Shown piece by piece: positions 21,983 to 33,003 of a DNA stretch of 64,000 bases. Position 1 is the stretch's first letter. Each line of letters opens with the position of its first letter. The notes beneath the pieces were generated by a model. The model searched no databases. It saw only the letters and a program-made list of their open reading frames with translations, and was not told where the DNA came from. The stretch covers positions 352,001-416,000 of the forward strand of contig CAWJTV010000020.1 of the NCBI GenBank assembly GCA_963845755.1. The letters run 5' to 3'. The position numbers and the translations under genes are program-made. Source of the stretch: an uncultured Planctomycetota bacterium (GTDB lineage Bacteria > Planctomycetota > Planctomycetia > Isosphaerales > Isosphaeraceae).

Positions 21983-23422
21983 ATGATGATGACGGATCGG
22001 CCCGGGACCCTGGGCGAGCTGAAGTCGAGCGGTTATCGAATGGAGTCGGTCAAGGACGAGATGAGGAGAAACCTGATCGCCAAGCTCGAGGCGGGCGAGT
22101 CGATATTCCCGCACATCCTCGGCTACGAGGAGACGGTGATCCCGCAGATCGAGAACGGCATCCTCTCCCGGCACGATCTGTTGTTCCTGGGCCTGCGCGG
22201 GCAGGCCAAGACCCGGATGCTCCGCCAACTGGTCCATCTCCTCGATGACGCGATCCCGATCATCGCCGGCTCCGAGGTCAACGATCATCCGTTCGCCCCG
22301 GTTTCCAGATACGCCCGCGATCTGATCGCCGATCAGGGCGACCGGACTCCGGTCGAGTGGATCGGCCGGGACCGTCGCTATCAGGAGAAGCTCGCGACTC
22401 CCGACGTCACCATCGCCGACCTGATCGGCGAGGTCGACATGATCAAGCACGCCGAGGGCCGATACCTCTCGAGCGAGCTGACCATGCACTTCGGCCTGAT
22501 CCCTCGGACCAACCGCGGCATCTTCTGCATCAACGAACTCCCGGATCTCGCACCCAAGATCCAGGTGGGCCTGTTCAACGTGTTGGAGGAGCGGGACATC
22601 CAGATCCGCGGCTACCCGGTCCGGCTGGATCTCGACGTCTGCATGGTCTTCTCGGCGAACCCGGAGGACTACACGAATCGCGGCCGGATCGTGACCCCGC
22701 TCAAGGACCGCATCGGCTCGGTCGTCCGGACTCATTATCCGCTCACGCGGGAGATCGGCATCGCGATCAGCGACCAGAACGCCTGGCTCGAGCGAGGGGG
22801 CAACGGTAATGCCTCCCTGGTCATCCCGCAGTACGTCAAGGAGACGGTCGAGGAAGTGGCACGGCTGGCGCGATCGTCGCCGCACGTGAATCAGCAATCG
22901 GGTGTCTCGGTGCGGATGTCGATCGCGAACCTGGAGAATGTGGTCTCGAACGCCGAGCGCCGGTCGATCATCAACCGGGAGCGGTGGATCGTCCCGCGCG
23001 TCTCCGACCTTACCGCGGCCGCGGCCAGCGCGCGCGGCAAGCTCGAGCTGACGATGTCGGAGGATGATGGGCATGAAGACAAGCTGATCCATAGGATCAT
23101 CGGCGAGGCGACCAAGAACATCTTCGGTCTGCATGTCGACGTCCGTGAGCTCCGCCCCGTGGTGGATTACTTCGAGTCCGGTCATAGCGTCGAGGTCGGC
23201 GATCGGTTGCCGGCTCGCACGCTGCTCGAGCGCATCGCCAAGGTCCCCGGCCTGCGGAAGCGGGCCGAGGAACTCGCCGCCAAGGCCACCCCCGACGTCT
23301 CCGATCGCGATGCCCGCGAGGCCGCGATCGCCGGCGCCGCGGAATTCCTCCTCGAGGGACTCCATGTGCACAATAAGCTGAACAAGTCCGCCAAGGAGGG
23401 CGGGGCGAGCTACCGGCGGTGA
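21983..23422 (+). CDS. Mg-chelatase-like AAA+ ATPase (partner of downstream vWA protein)
   Basis: Walker A-like GLRGQAKT, INELPDL, FSANPEDYTNRGRIVTPLKDR. Confidence 0.85.
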   Translation: MMMTDRPGTLGELKSSGYRMESVKDEMRRNLIAKLEAGESIFPHILGYEETVIPQIENGILSRHDLLFLGLRGQAKTRMLRQLVHLLDDAIPIIAGSEVNDHPFAPVSRYARDLIADQGDRTPVEWIGRDRRYQEKLATPDVTIADLIGEVDMIKHAEGRYLSSELTMHFGLIPRTNRGIFCINELPDLAPKIQVGLFNVLEERDIQIRGYPVRLDLDVCMVFSANPEDYTNRGRIVTPLKDRIGSVVRTHYPLTREIGIAISDQNAWLERGGNGNASLVIPQYVKETVEEVARLARSSPHVNQQSGVSVRMSIANLENVVSNAERRSIINRERWIVPRVSDLTAAAASARGKLELTMSEDDGHEDKLIHRIIGEATKNIFGLHVDVRELRPVVDYFESGHSVEVGDRLPARTLLERIAKVPGLRKRAEELAAKATPDVSDRDAREAAIAGAAEFLLEGLHVHNKLNKSAKEGGASYRR

Positions 23423-23491
23423 GCGGTGGCTCTTTTCTCGATCCGATCTCTCGAATTGGAAACTGATCTTACGAATTCCCGAGGGCCGGTC

Positions 23492-24631
23492 ATGGCACTC
23501 TTCGAATACACCAAATGGGACGGCTCTCAGCATTTCCTCCCCCAGTCGGCCGACAAGGTCTTCGACCAGCTTTCCGAATTTCTCATGCAATATGGCGAGC
23601 GCGTCCTGCAGAACATGGATGAGCTCGAGGAAGAGATGCCGGAAATCGTCGAGCTGATCCAGAAGGAAGGCCTGATCGAGAAGGACCTCGAGGGCCAGTG
23701 GCGAGTCACGCCTCGCGGAATGCGGCGCGTCCAGGATAAGGCACTCGAGGACCTGTTCCAGTCGTTCCGCCGTGACTCGCTCGGCCGTCACGACACGCAG
23801 GAAAAAGGCGAGGGGACGGTCCCGGTCGAGGACACGCGGCCCTACGTTTATGGTGACTCACTCGCCAACCTCAACATGCACGAGACCGTGAAGAACGCCT
23901 ATATTCGGCAAGGCGGCGGCGTGCCGATCCGGCTCAGCTCCGAAGACTACGTCGTGCACGAGACGGAATATCAAACGCGTTGCGCGACGGTCGTCCTGAT
24001 CGACATGAGCGGGTCGATGAGCCGCTACGGGAAGTATTACACGACGAAGAAGGTCGCCCTGGCCCTCCAGGCGATGGTCCGGTCCAGGTACCCGCAAGAC
24101 TCGCTCCAGATGATCGGATTCTATACGTTCGCCAACCTGATGAACGAGCGGCAGCTCATCAACTCGGCGCCGAAGCCGGTCAGCATGTTCGATTCCCGGA
24201 TTCATCTGCGATTCGACCTCGATCATCCGGCCGGCCGTGTCCCGCAGCACTTCACCAACATCCACGCGGGCCTGCGGCTGGCGAGGAGTGTCCTGACCCG
24301 CCAACCCGCCGTGAACAAGCAGATCATCGTCATCACCGACGGCGAGCCCACCGCGCACATCGAGGGCCGCGAGGTCGTCCTGATCTACCCGCCCGCCGAG
24401 AAGACCGCGACGCACACCCTCGCCGAGGTCCGCCACTGTGCCAACGCGGGGATTCGCGTCTCGAGCTTCGCGCTAATCGAGGATTATTTCTATCTGAATC
24501 TCGTCAATTTCGTCGAAGACATGGCCCGGGTCTCGAAGGGCGTCGCCGCCTATTGCTCGACCGACGACATCGGCAATCTCGTCTTCGAGAGCTTCGTCGG
24601 CGGGCGACGAACGCGGCGATTCGGAAATTAA
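23492..24631 (+). CDS. von Willebrand factor A domain protein
   Basis: MIDAS DMSGSM, TNIHAGL, IIVITDGEPTAH. Confidence 0.87.
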   Translation: MALFEYTKWDGSQHFLPQSADKVFDQLSEFLMQYGERVLQNMDELEEEMPEIVELIQKEGLIEKDLEGQWRVTPRGMRRVQDKALEDLFQSFRRDSLGRHDTQEKGEGTVPVEDTRPYVYGDSLANLNMHETVKNAYIRQGGGVPIRLSSEDYVVHETEYQTRCATVVLIDMSGSMSRYGKYYTTKKVALALQAMVRSRYPQDSLQMIGFYTFANLMNERQLINSAPKPVSMFDSRIHLRFDLDHPAGRVPQHFTNIHAGLRLARSVLTRQPAVNKQIIVITDGEPTAHIEGREVVLIYPPAEKTATHTLAEVRHCANAGIRVSSFALIEDYFYLNLVNFVEDMARVSKGVAAYCSTDDIGNLVFESFVGGRRTRRFGN

Positions 24632-24659
24632 CTCGGCCCCATTCGGAGATCTCTGGCTG

Positions 24660-25076
24660 AAGCGACCGTTTCCCTTGAGTGCCCGCTCTAGGAAGGGGAC
24701 GAACCAGTAGCCACGCCCTGGGTACCGATGCAGGACGCCGCGTTGGCCTGCCCCGCCCATGACACCCAGATCCCTGGAGGGAGAATGGACGAGAAACGTG
24801 AGATCGCGCTGATCCGGTCGCCCGTCCGTAACCGTGGTCTCATGGAAGCGGACGACCCATCTCTTAAAGGGCCAGGCGACCTCACCATTGACGACCTCAC
24901 CCCTCGCGGCGATGCGCACCTCAACCACAAGTCGCCTCGCTAGCAAACAACGGCGTCGATGGTGCCGACGTCGGCTCTCGCTCGCCTCGACTCATCCGCG
25001 ACGAGAGTAACGCCAGTGTCAAGCAGAGACCAAGGCCGATGCAAAGGCTCCAGAGTCTCGTTGCTAGCTGGTTCAT
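24660..25076 (-). CDS. Possible small secreted hypothetical protein, frameshifted near 24935; 3' end uncertain
   Basis: Purine-rich RBS-like GAGGGAGAGG before ATG 25076; MNQLATRLWSLCIGLGLCLTLALLS signal-like segment; continues as VEVRIAARGEV...LTFLVHSPSRDLG in the adjacent frame. Confidence 0.35.
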
Positions 25077-25110
25077 GGCCCTCTCCCTCAGTTGTGCAAG
25101 ACCCTTTCGG

Positions 25111-25699
25111 TCAACCGTCCGGGTTCTCGAGCAGCTCCTTCAATCGCTCCGATAACGGGGCAGGAAGTCGAGACAGCCAGGTCTCGTCCAGCAGCCCGAC
25201 GTCGATCATGTCTCGCAAGTGCGTTCGGTCCTTGTCTCGAAACGATGTCAGTTTCATCCGAACCAATGACTCCAACGCGACCACGCGAAATGTCGGTGTC
25301 GCTTCCGCCTCGGTAACCTCCGGCGCCGCCACGGGATCTTGCGATCGGACGCGTTCACCGGCGAAAATGATGTGGACGGCATCGCGGGCCTTGGCGCGGC
25401 CCATCGAGGAACATGTCGATCCCCTTGACATGCCGAAACACGAACCCGGCCTTCGCGAATGCAGATTTCGCCGCCTCGAGGTCGGATCGTCTCAGCAGGA
25501 TGTCAACATCCTGAGTATTGCGCACGGCGGATTCATCGACTCGAGCAACCCATGCAGCCACGGCGTTGCCTCCGATGACGGCGTAGGGGATGTTCGCCTC
25601 TTCGAGGGCGCCGGAGGCACGGTGTAAGCGTTCCCGAACTTTTTCCACGGCTCTCACCATCCTGTCCAGAATGTCTTCTCCCCAGCGAATGCTCGTCAT
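25111..25699 (-). CDS. Nucleotidyltransferase-superfamily protein (AbiEii/DUF6036-like); frameshift near 25395
   Basis: VIGGNAVAAW...RNTQDVDIL (GG..DxD) motif; C-terminal LVRMKLTSFRDKDRTHLRDM. Confidence 0.75.
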
Positions 25700-25727
25700 C
25701 GTTACTTCCTCGGTACGCTTGACCAAA

Positions 25728-27072
25728 TCACGCCCATTGCTTCTCGAGCGTATACGGGAGCACTTTGACCCCTCGGCTTTTCAACGAAGCTAGCGCGTCC
25801 TTCAACCGCATCTGCTGCTCGGACCAGGCCGATCGTTCCAGGAAGGTCAGACCCGGACGGCTGGCGAGCGGGTCCCGGACCTCGTTCTCATCGAGGAGGA
25901 AAACGAAATCGCCGCGGCCGAGATCTAGCGACTCGATCAATTGGGCCGTTTGGGCGACATGCGGATCGGCGTGCTCCACGCCACCGGCGCCGACCAGGGA
26001 CAACAGGCTGATCTTCAATCCGGATGCCCTGAGATCGATCACCGTGGTACGCAGCTCGTCGTCGGTCCAGGTCTTGTGGTACAACTCACGCACCATCGGG
26101 GCGCCCGATTCTACGCCGAGACTGACACGGACCAGTCCTCGCTCGGCGAACGCGCACCAGGCGGCTCGATCCGGACGAGGGGGAGTGAAATCGTCGAGGA
26201 AGGCATGAATGCCATCGAGCCGTGGCGTGACCAGGTCGGTATCATCGCGATCGGCCGCTGAAGATGATCGCCCGGCTGCGATCGGGAACATCTTTCGGAC
26301 TTCTTCGAGATAAGCCGCGACGTCTGCCGCCGGGCAGCGAAGCACGTCGCTCCCAGCCAGGAACGCGAGCCGACCCTGCAGGAGCCGGCGCCCCCAGAGC
26401 GACGATACCTCACGGGCATGCCGTTCGAACTCCGCTGGCGTGGCGCACATAATGCTCGGCCACGGGACTCATGCCGAAGCTTCGCCCGTCGGCATGTCCG
26501 AGCGTCGCCTGGAGGATGACCGCATTCAGGCAATCGGGTGGCAGGAAGGGCAGGGGGCCATAGGTCGCCAGGTAGCGCTCGCGGTGGGCGAACCAGGCCG
26601 CCGTATCCCAGCGACTGATTCGGTCCAGGAAATCGTCGAGCTCGTCGGGCCCGAGGGATCGCGCTTTGTCCGGGGGCGGCTCGCGGAACCGGAGGCGGCC
26701 GGCACTCGAGTCCGCAAGCAACTCCAGCGCAACGGAACGGATCCCGAGATCAAGGTCCGTGGCTTCCTCGTAGCCCAGTCGGCGCCGTCTCAGCACGAGA
26801 TTCGGGCCCTCGCGGACCCGATCGATGGCATGGATCTCGGCATCCAGTCCCTTGAGGTAGTGGATGCCATCCGCGAAGATCCGCTGCCAGCGGCCCTCGA
26901 GGTCGAAATGGTAGATCGGAGCATCGCCGAAGTAGAGTGAGAATGCCCCTGGCTTGAAGCCGGCGAAGATCGGATCACCATCCCCCCCCCGCGGTTCCAG
27001 GCCGATCCGTTTTCGATATAAGCCGCCCTGCGCGAACAGGCACGCCGCTTCGGTGAGATGCTCGGACTCCAT
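25728..27072 (-). CDS. Radical-SAM-fold homolog lacking the CxxxCxxC motif; frameshift near 26450
   Basis: LPPD..AVILQATLG then HADGRSFG where the Cys triad is expected; GLVRVSLGVESG and LVGAGG downstream core motifs. Confidence 0.65.
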
Positions 27073-27207
27073 GGCACTCCACTCCGGTTTTGGAGGACAC
27101 GCGAAATCGCCCTCCTCGTAACTGGGGACACTCATTATATTACCCGCCGCGAACGAAGAGCCTAAGTATTCCCGGGATCGCAGGAGGGAACCGTGGAAGA
27201 GGAGACC

Positions 27208-28884
27208 ATGCCGCCAGGCATGCGCGGTGAGGATGTCGTCCCCGGCCACGGATCGCGGTGGATCGAGCCGATCGCCATCTTCGTGTTGGCGCTGGCTCTC
27301 AATCTGGCCGGCAACCGCGGGACCGGTCTCTGGGACCGCGACGAGCCAAGATACGCCGTTTGCGTCCGCGAGATGCGGGCCAGCCATGACTGGATCTTTC
27401 CGACTTACAACGGCGAGCCGCGTTACCATAAGCCGATCCTGATCTACTGGCTGATGGGGTTGACCACCGCCATTGCCGGTGACAATCCGTTCGGCGTCCG
27501 CCTGGTCTCGGGGCTGGCCGGGGCCATCACGGCGGTGGGAGTCTGGTGGCTGGGCCGGCGAATGCTCGGACCGCGTGGAGGGTTCCTGTCGGCGTTGATC
27601 TTCACCACCGCGCCGATCGTGGTTGCCGAGTCGAAGCTGGCGACGACCGACGCCACCCTGATGCTCTGCCTCTTCGGCTGCCAGAGCTGCCTCTGGGTCC
27701 TGAGTCGGCGTCCATGCCGAAAGGCGGCAGCCGGGTTCTGGGTGCTGCTGAGCCTGGCGATCCTGACCAAGGGACCAGTCGGGCCGGCCTTGATCGGGGT
27801 ATCGGCACTCGCGAGCTGGTGGTGGGGCTGGCCGGTACCGCCTCGGGAACGGCTGCACTGGCGCTGGGGGCTGGCGGGACTCCTCATCCTGACATCTCCC
27901 TGGTTTATCGCCGTCACCGTCGCCTCGCATGGCGAGTTTCTCCGGTTCGCAGTCGGCAAGCAGATCGTCCACCGTCTCGCGACCGACATGGAGGCACACG
28001 GCGGGTTTCCCGGCTATTATCCGGTCGTCTCGACGCTCGTCTTCTATCCCTGGTCGTCGCTCCTGCCCGCGGCGATCGTCATGGGCTGGTCGCGACGGAA
28101 GGTCGATCCCAACGTGAGTTTCCTGCTCGGGTGGGTGGCCGGTCCCCTCCTCCTGCTCGAGTGCTTTCAGACCAAGTTGATCCACTATTATCTCCCGGCG
28201 TTCCCGGCCTGTTCTCTCCTGGTTGCCTGGCTGATCCGCTCGCTCGAAGAGGAGAAGGTCCATTTTCGGAGACTCGCTTTCGGAAGGATCGGACTGATCG
28301 TTCTGGTCGGGATCGGGCTGGCCCTGACGGCTCTCCTGGTGGCCGGGACGACGTTGATACCGGGGGACCTCCGTTCGCCCTTGATCGCGATCGCCGCGCT
28401 CATCGTGATGGGAACGCTGGCCGGAGCTCGACTGTTGCGGCGGGGTGCCGGCGAACGGGCCATCGATGTCCTCGCCACGACCTGGGCGCTGGTCCTCCTG
28501 GCCTTCTGTGGTTGGCTCGTCCCGATGGGCGAGCCCTATCGCACATCGCGGGTCGTCGGCGAACGACTGGCCTCACTCTCGAATCGGATGGGTTTGGAGC
28601 CCGTCCTCCTGGAGTACCAGGAGCCGGGTGTCATCTACGCGCTGGGCCACTCCGCCGCGCTCACGCGCGACCGCGACGGTTTCTTCGCCCATCTCGAAGG
28701 CGGTCGAGCCGTGCTGACCGTTCTACTCGCGAATGAAATCCAGGTGATGCGCAGTCACTTCGGACTGGATGTGAGACCGATCGATCACGTTGACGGATTC
28801 GTGCTGACCAAGGGGAAACGGCAGACCCTTCACCTCGCGGCAGTTCGACAGGCTGGTGCAGCGACGGACACGAAAGTCCGATAG
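27208..28884 (+). CDS. ArnT/GT83-like membrane glycosyltransferase
   Basis: WDRDEPRYA, YHKPILIYW, LAILTKGPVG, TKLIHYYLPAFP; many TM helices. Confidence 0.88.
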   Translation: MPPGMRGEDVVPGHGSRWIEPIAIFVLALALNLAGNRGTGLWDRDEPRYAVCVREMRASHDWIFPTYNGEPRYHKPILIYWLMGLTTAIAGDNPFGVRLVSGLAGAITAVGVWWLGRRMLGPRGGFLSALIFTTAPIVVAESKLATTDATLMLCLFGCQSCLWVLSRRPCRKAAAGFWVLLSLAILTKGPVGPALIGVSALASWWWGWPVPPRERLHWRWGLAGLLILTSPWFIAVTVASHGEFLRFAVGKQIVHRLATDMEAHGGFPGYYPVVSTLVFYPWSSLLPAAIVMGWSRRKVDPNVSFLLGWVAGPLLLLECFQTKLIHYYLPAFPACSLLVAWLIRSLEEEKVHFRRLAFGRIGLIVLVGIGLALTALLVAGTTLIPGDLRSPLIAIAALIVMGTLAGARLLRRGAGERAIDVLATTWALVLLAFCGWLVPMGEPYRTSRVVGERLASLSNRMGLEPVLLEYQEPGVIYALGHSAALTRDRDGFFAHLEGGRAVLTVLLANEIQVMRSHFGLDVRPIDHVDGFVLTKGKRQTLHLAAVRQAGAATDTKVR

Positions 28885-29063
28885 GAGTGCCGCCACCGTG
28901 CGCTCGACTCGCTGTAGTTGGTCTCGGGTGGATTTCCAGCCACTGGTCGCATTTGAGAGAATCCATGCAAGGTAGCGCGACCGCCGTTCCTGAAAGCTCG
29001 ACCGCGCGTGTTGTCCCGATCGAGACGGACTTGCAGGTTGGAGTGGTTGGTGCTTTCTAGCCG

Positions 29064-29185
29064 ATTATACTGCCGTGGCCTCTGGGGACACTAACCCGAA
29101 GCGTGAGCGAGGGCGTCAAACCGTTGCCTCGTTTACACTTCGGGTTGGTATGGAATGTCTCATTTCTGACCGCGTGCGGTATAAT
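29064..29185. repeat. Nested inverted-repeat element (MITE/REP-like)
   Basis: Outer ATTATAC (29064-29070)/GTATAAT (29179-29185); inner arms ctaacccgaagcgtgagcgagg (29091-29112) and cctcgtttacacttcgggttgg (29127-29148). Confidence 0.65.
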
Positions 29186-29622
29186 TACATTTTGTTGATA
29201 TTGCCGGTGATGAGTTTTTTGAGTTCGTCCTCCGAATCGGAAGAATCACACACTGATTGATGGTTCCATGTATCCAACTTGTCGTGCTCGCTCGCGTTTT
29301 GATGGACAACTGGGCCTGACGCGCCCTCGTAGGCGCCGGTCCCGAGTCGGGGGCATCGATCGCGAGCGACCTCCCAGACACAAGAACGAAGGTCAGATCA
29401 TCAGGATGCCGCAACCTTGAAAAAACGTGAACGCGTTTTGGCCGAAATGGGCAAGACCATCGACTTAAGTTCTTATGCTACAAGGAAAAAGTTTTTTGAA
29501 AATTTCGTGTGCCGGTGGATTAGGTCGGGTACCCGACCGGACGTCGGCCAATTCCCCCCGCGAGGAGAGCGGCCAGGTATCCGGCGACCGCCTTGTGAGA
29601 TATCGAGTTCCTGGCGGTTGCC

Positions 29623-30234
29623 TCATCGACCTGGCGAACCGGCTTGCTGCTGTCGGATCAGGTCATAATACTCCCGTGCGGGGCTGGAGGGATCGGGCCG
29701 CCAGGCCGGGCGGTCGTGGGCTACAAGGCGCTCGGCGTACAGGAGAAGCAGGCCCGGATGCCTGCCGAAGTCCAGGGGCGTGCGGGGGGATTCATCGACG
29801 TCGGACAGGACTCCCGAGAGCGGCCAGGACTGCAAGACATCGGCCAGCAGCGCATTCAGCGGATCGGCGGGGTCGATTGCGCGCGCCCGGTTGAGGATTT
29901 GCGGGAGGTATCGGAGTAGGAGGTCGGCCGACAAGTGCTGCGATGGCGTTCGCGGCGGCTCGGACATCCGGATCCGCCGCCTGAGGTCGCCCAGCCGCTC
30001 GTCGTGATTGACCAGGGCCCAGCTCGATTGGCGCACGAGGTCGGCGGCCTCGAGGGCGGTCGCCGGATCAAACGCGATCCGAGGTCCGGCAACCGAGAGG
30101 ACATGCGCATCGAACGCCTCGGCAAGGATCGCCAGGTCGCGCTCTGTCGGCTGGTCCCGCGGACCCTTCGACGCGTGGAAGATGATCCTTCCCTGGTCCA
30201 GAAGGTGAGTGAGGAAATCCCGAAAGGCGGGCAT
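29623..30234 (-). CDS. Hypothetical protein resembling the bpX4 domain of MoxR-vWA-beta-propeller ternary systems
   Basis: SADLLLRYLP...DPL...WPLSGV...HPGLLLLYAERL pattern recalled for bpX4 family. Confidence 0.6.
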   Translation of the reverse strand: MPAFRDFLTHLLDQGRIIFHASKGPRDQPTERDLAILAEAFDAHVLSVAGPRIAFDPATALEAADLVRQSSWALVNHDERLGDLRRRIRMSEPPRTPSQHLSADLLLRYLPQILNRARAIDPADPLNALLADVLQSWPLSGVLSDVDESPRTPLDFGRHPGLLLLYAERLVAHDRPAWRPDPSSPAREYYDLIRQQQAGSPGR

Positions 30235-30524
30235 GTCCGTGTGTGATCCCCATCTCGAGGCCCGATCAACCTGCCATCCAGGATACCCGAACGAGAATGT
30301 TTTCGACGACCCGATCGGCTGTGAAACCCGTCGAGGTCGATGTCAGAGCGAGCGTCCTGTACGACCGACGAGGCGACTCCGCGGAGTCTGCTCGAGGGCG
30401 AGCTCGTCCCAGCCGATTGACATGGACTCGACGCGGAGGACAATGGTCCGGCCGGGGCATCTCTTTCGCCGCGAGCATCCATCGAAATCCGGGACCGATC
30501 CCAGCTCAATGTCAGGAGCGACCC

Positions 30525-31788
30525 ATGGCTCGTTTCACGCTACCCGCCATCTTTCTGATCCTCATCCCGCTCAGTGCCGTCCGTGCGGGCGAACTGCCGA
30601 AGTCCGAGCCGGCCGAGGTCGGGCTCTCGGCGGAGACGCTCGGAAAGCTGCAGCCGGCGCTCCAGAAGCTCGTCGACGAGGGGAAGGTTCCCGGCGGCGT
30701 CACCGTGGTCGCCCGTCATGGAAAAGTCGGCTACCTCACCACCTTCGGCTATCGCGACCTCGCCAGCAAGGCCCCGATGACCGAGGATACGATCTTTGCG
30801 ATCGCCTCGATGACCAAGCCGATCACCTGCACCGCCGTGATGACGCTGGTCGAGCAGGGCAAGCTCCGGCTGGACGACCCGGTGTCGAAATACATCCCCG
30901 AACTGAAGGACCTGCGCGTCCTGGGCAATGCCAAGGATGACACCAAGGACGAGGTCTCCACGGTGCCGGCCAGGCGGCCGGTCATGATCCGCGACCTGCT
31001 CTCGCACACCTCGGGATTCGCCTACGGCGGGATCCTGTCGTTCAACGCCCGGCTGGGGCGGACCTATGAACGCGCCGGAGTCGAACGCGATGAGGGGTGG
31101 TCTGAAGACGATCAAGGAGCAGGTCGAACGCCTCGCCAAGGTCCCGCTCGCCCACCAGCCCGGAGAAGGATGGACCTACGGACTCAGCCACGACGTGCTC
31201 GGCCGCGTGGTCGAGGTGGTCTCCGAGAAAAGCCTCGACCAGTATCTGCAAGGGCGGATCTTGCAACCGCTCGACATGCACGACACGTTCTTCTTCGTCC
31301 CCGAGGGCAAGCGGGATCGCGTGGCGACGATCTATCGCTCGGCGGATGGAGGAACCCTGACTCCCCTCCCCAAGAGCTATGGTTCCAAGACGTTCTTCTC
31401 CGGGGGCGGCGGCCTGTTCTCGACGGCCCGCGACTACACCCGGTTCGCCCAGATGATGCTCAACGGCGGCGAGCTGGACGGTGAGCGGATCCTCAAGCCC
31501 GAGACAATTGCGATGATGACGACGAACCAGATCGGCGACATCGACGCGAAGATCGCCGGGATCAACCTGGGGAAGTATGGACTGGGGTTCGGGCTGATGC
31601 TGATCCCGCCGAGAGCGGAAGGACCGCCGGTCCTGAGCAGCTATTACTGGGGCGGCTACTTCTCGACCAACTTCTGGATCGACCCCCGCCACGACCTGGT
31701 CGCCGTGATCATGACCCAGGTGTTGCCGACGAACCACGGCGGCTCCCTCGAGGTGTTCCGCCGCGCGGTGGGCTCCGCGATCCATTAG
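30525..31788 (+). CDS. Secreted serine hydrolase (beta-lactamase class C/AmpC-like family); frameshift near 31090
   Basis: IASMTK (SxxK), LLSHTSG, WTYG, GGGLFSTARDY, WGGYFSTNFWIDP; signal peptide. Confidence 0.88.
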
Positions 31789-31896
31789 AGCGCGTAACGA
31801 TTGCATTGCGAATGCGCCCGCCGCGAGCGATCGCGCCCACCGCAGCCAGGGGGGACGATGTCCGGCGGCGGACCGCAGCGCCGCAGGAAACTTCCG

Positions 31897-31987
31897 GCAC
31901 CCCTTCAGGGTGCACACGAGGAAGGCGCGGGGTGCACGAGTCCCAGGGTTTCACCCTGGGCTGGGTTTCCGCGGCCCTTCAGGTCGC
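31897..31987. repeat. Cluster of three short palindromes (REP-like)
   Basis: gcaccccttcagggtgc; cccagggtttcaccctggg; gcggcccttcaggtcgc. Confidence 0.65.
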
Positions 31988-32187
31988 AGAACATCGGCTG
32001 ACAGAGTGTGCGCAACCCATCTGTTATGCGCTCAAGAGCGATAGACGAATGGACCTCGCCCGGATCGGGTAGACCTCGGGGCGACACGACCCCAGCCGGC
32101 TTCCCCCGTGCGGCGGTCGAAGCGCCTCGGCGCAGTCGGACCGAAACACTCTGGTGATCCTTCGCACGCTTCCTGACGGGGTCCGTA

Positions 32188-33003
32188 TTACGGGTAGGAT
32201 TCATACGGCCTGCGGTGCCGCGGCGGAGCCCAGCCGAGGTTGGACGGGCGCTCTCCCAGCGCACGCGCCCGGTACTGGTAAACAAACGCAAAGGCGATTC
32301 CGGCCGCCGCACCGCCGATATGTGCCGCGTAGGCGACTCCGCCTTTCTGGCCGGCGGAGGACAGCTCCCCCATCCCGAGCACCAGTTGCATCACGATCCA
32401 GAGGCCAATGACGATCAGGGCCGGCATCCAGGTGATCGTGCGCAAGGCCAGCACGCGCACCCGATTGTGGGGGAACCAGATGATGTACATGCCCATCACG
32501 CCGGCAATCGCGCCCGAAGCCCCCAGCGTCGGGATCAACGAGTTTGGCGCCAGCGCGATATGTGAGAGGCTGGCCACCAAACCACATGTCAGGTACACTA
32601 ACGCGTAGCGCACGTGGCCCAGCACCTCCTCGACGTTGTCGCCGAAGATCCACAAATAGAGCATGTTCCCCCCGAGGTGGGCGAGCCCTCCGTGCATGAA
32701 GATGGAGGTCAACAGGGTGAACCAGACCGGGAACGGGATCGGCCCCTGGGGAATCACTTGCTCCTCGGGTCTCAGTTGAATTCGCCCGAGCGCATCCTGC
32801 TCCGCCGACTCGTGAGTGACGACCACCGGGCGGGCGATGTCGCGGTTGTGCGTGATCTCGTACGGGGTCGCCGCATAGGCGATCGTGAAGGACTCGGGTT
32901 GCGATTGCTGCACGAAAAAAACCAGGACGTTGAGCGCAATGATCGCGTAGTTGACGACCGGCACGATCTGCGTCGGGGACTCGTCACTGAGCGGCATGAC
33001 CAT
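32188..33003 (-). CDS. Rhomboid intramembrane serine protease
   Basis: FMHGGLAHLGGNM, GASGAIAG (catalytic Ser), AHIGG (catalytic His). Confidence 0.92.
   Translation of the reverse strand: MVMPLSDESPTQIVPVVNYAIIALNVLVFFVQQSQPESFTIAYAATPYEITHNRDIARPVVVTHESAEQDALGRIQLRPEEQVIPQGPIPFPVWFTLLTSIFMHGGLAHLGGNMLYLWIFGDNVEEVLGHVRYALVYLTCGLVASLSHIALAPNSLIPTLGASGAIAGVMGMYIIWFPHNRVRVLALRTITWMPALIVIGLWIVMQLVLGMGELSSAGQKGGVAYAAHIGGAAAGIAFAFVYQYRARALGERPSNLGWAPPRHRRPYESYP

Noticed and set aside
21983..24631. Photosynthetic Mg-chelatase (BchI/BchD)
   Set aside because: No other bch/chl genes; fits the widespread AAA+/vWA chaperone-like pair
29190..29620. Gene or ncRNA in AT-richer intergenic stretch
   Set aside because: No convincing ORF, RBS or recognisable RNA structure
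30525..31788. Antibiotic-resistance beta-lactamase
   Set aside because: Motifs fit the broad serine hydrolase/esterase family; activity cannot be inferred
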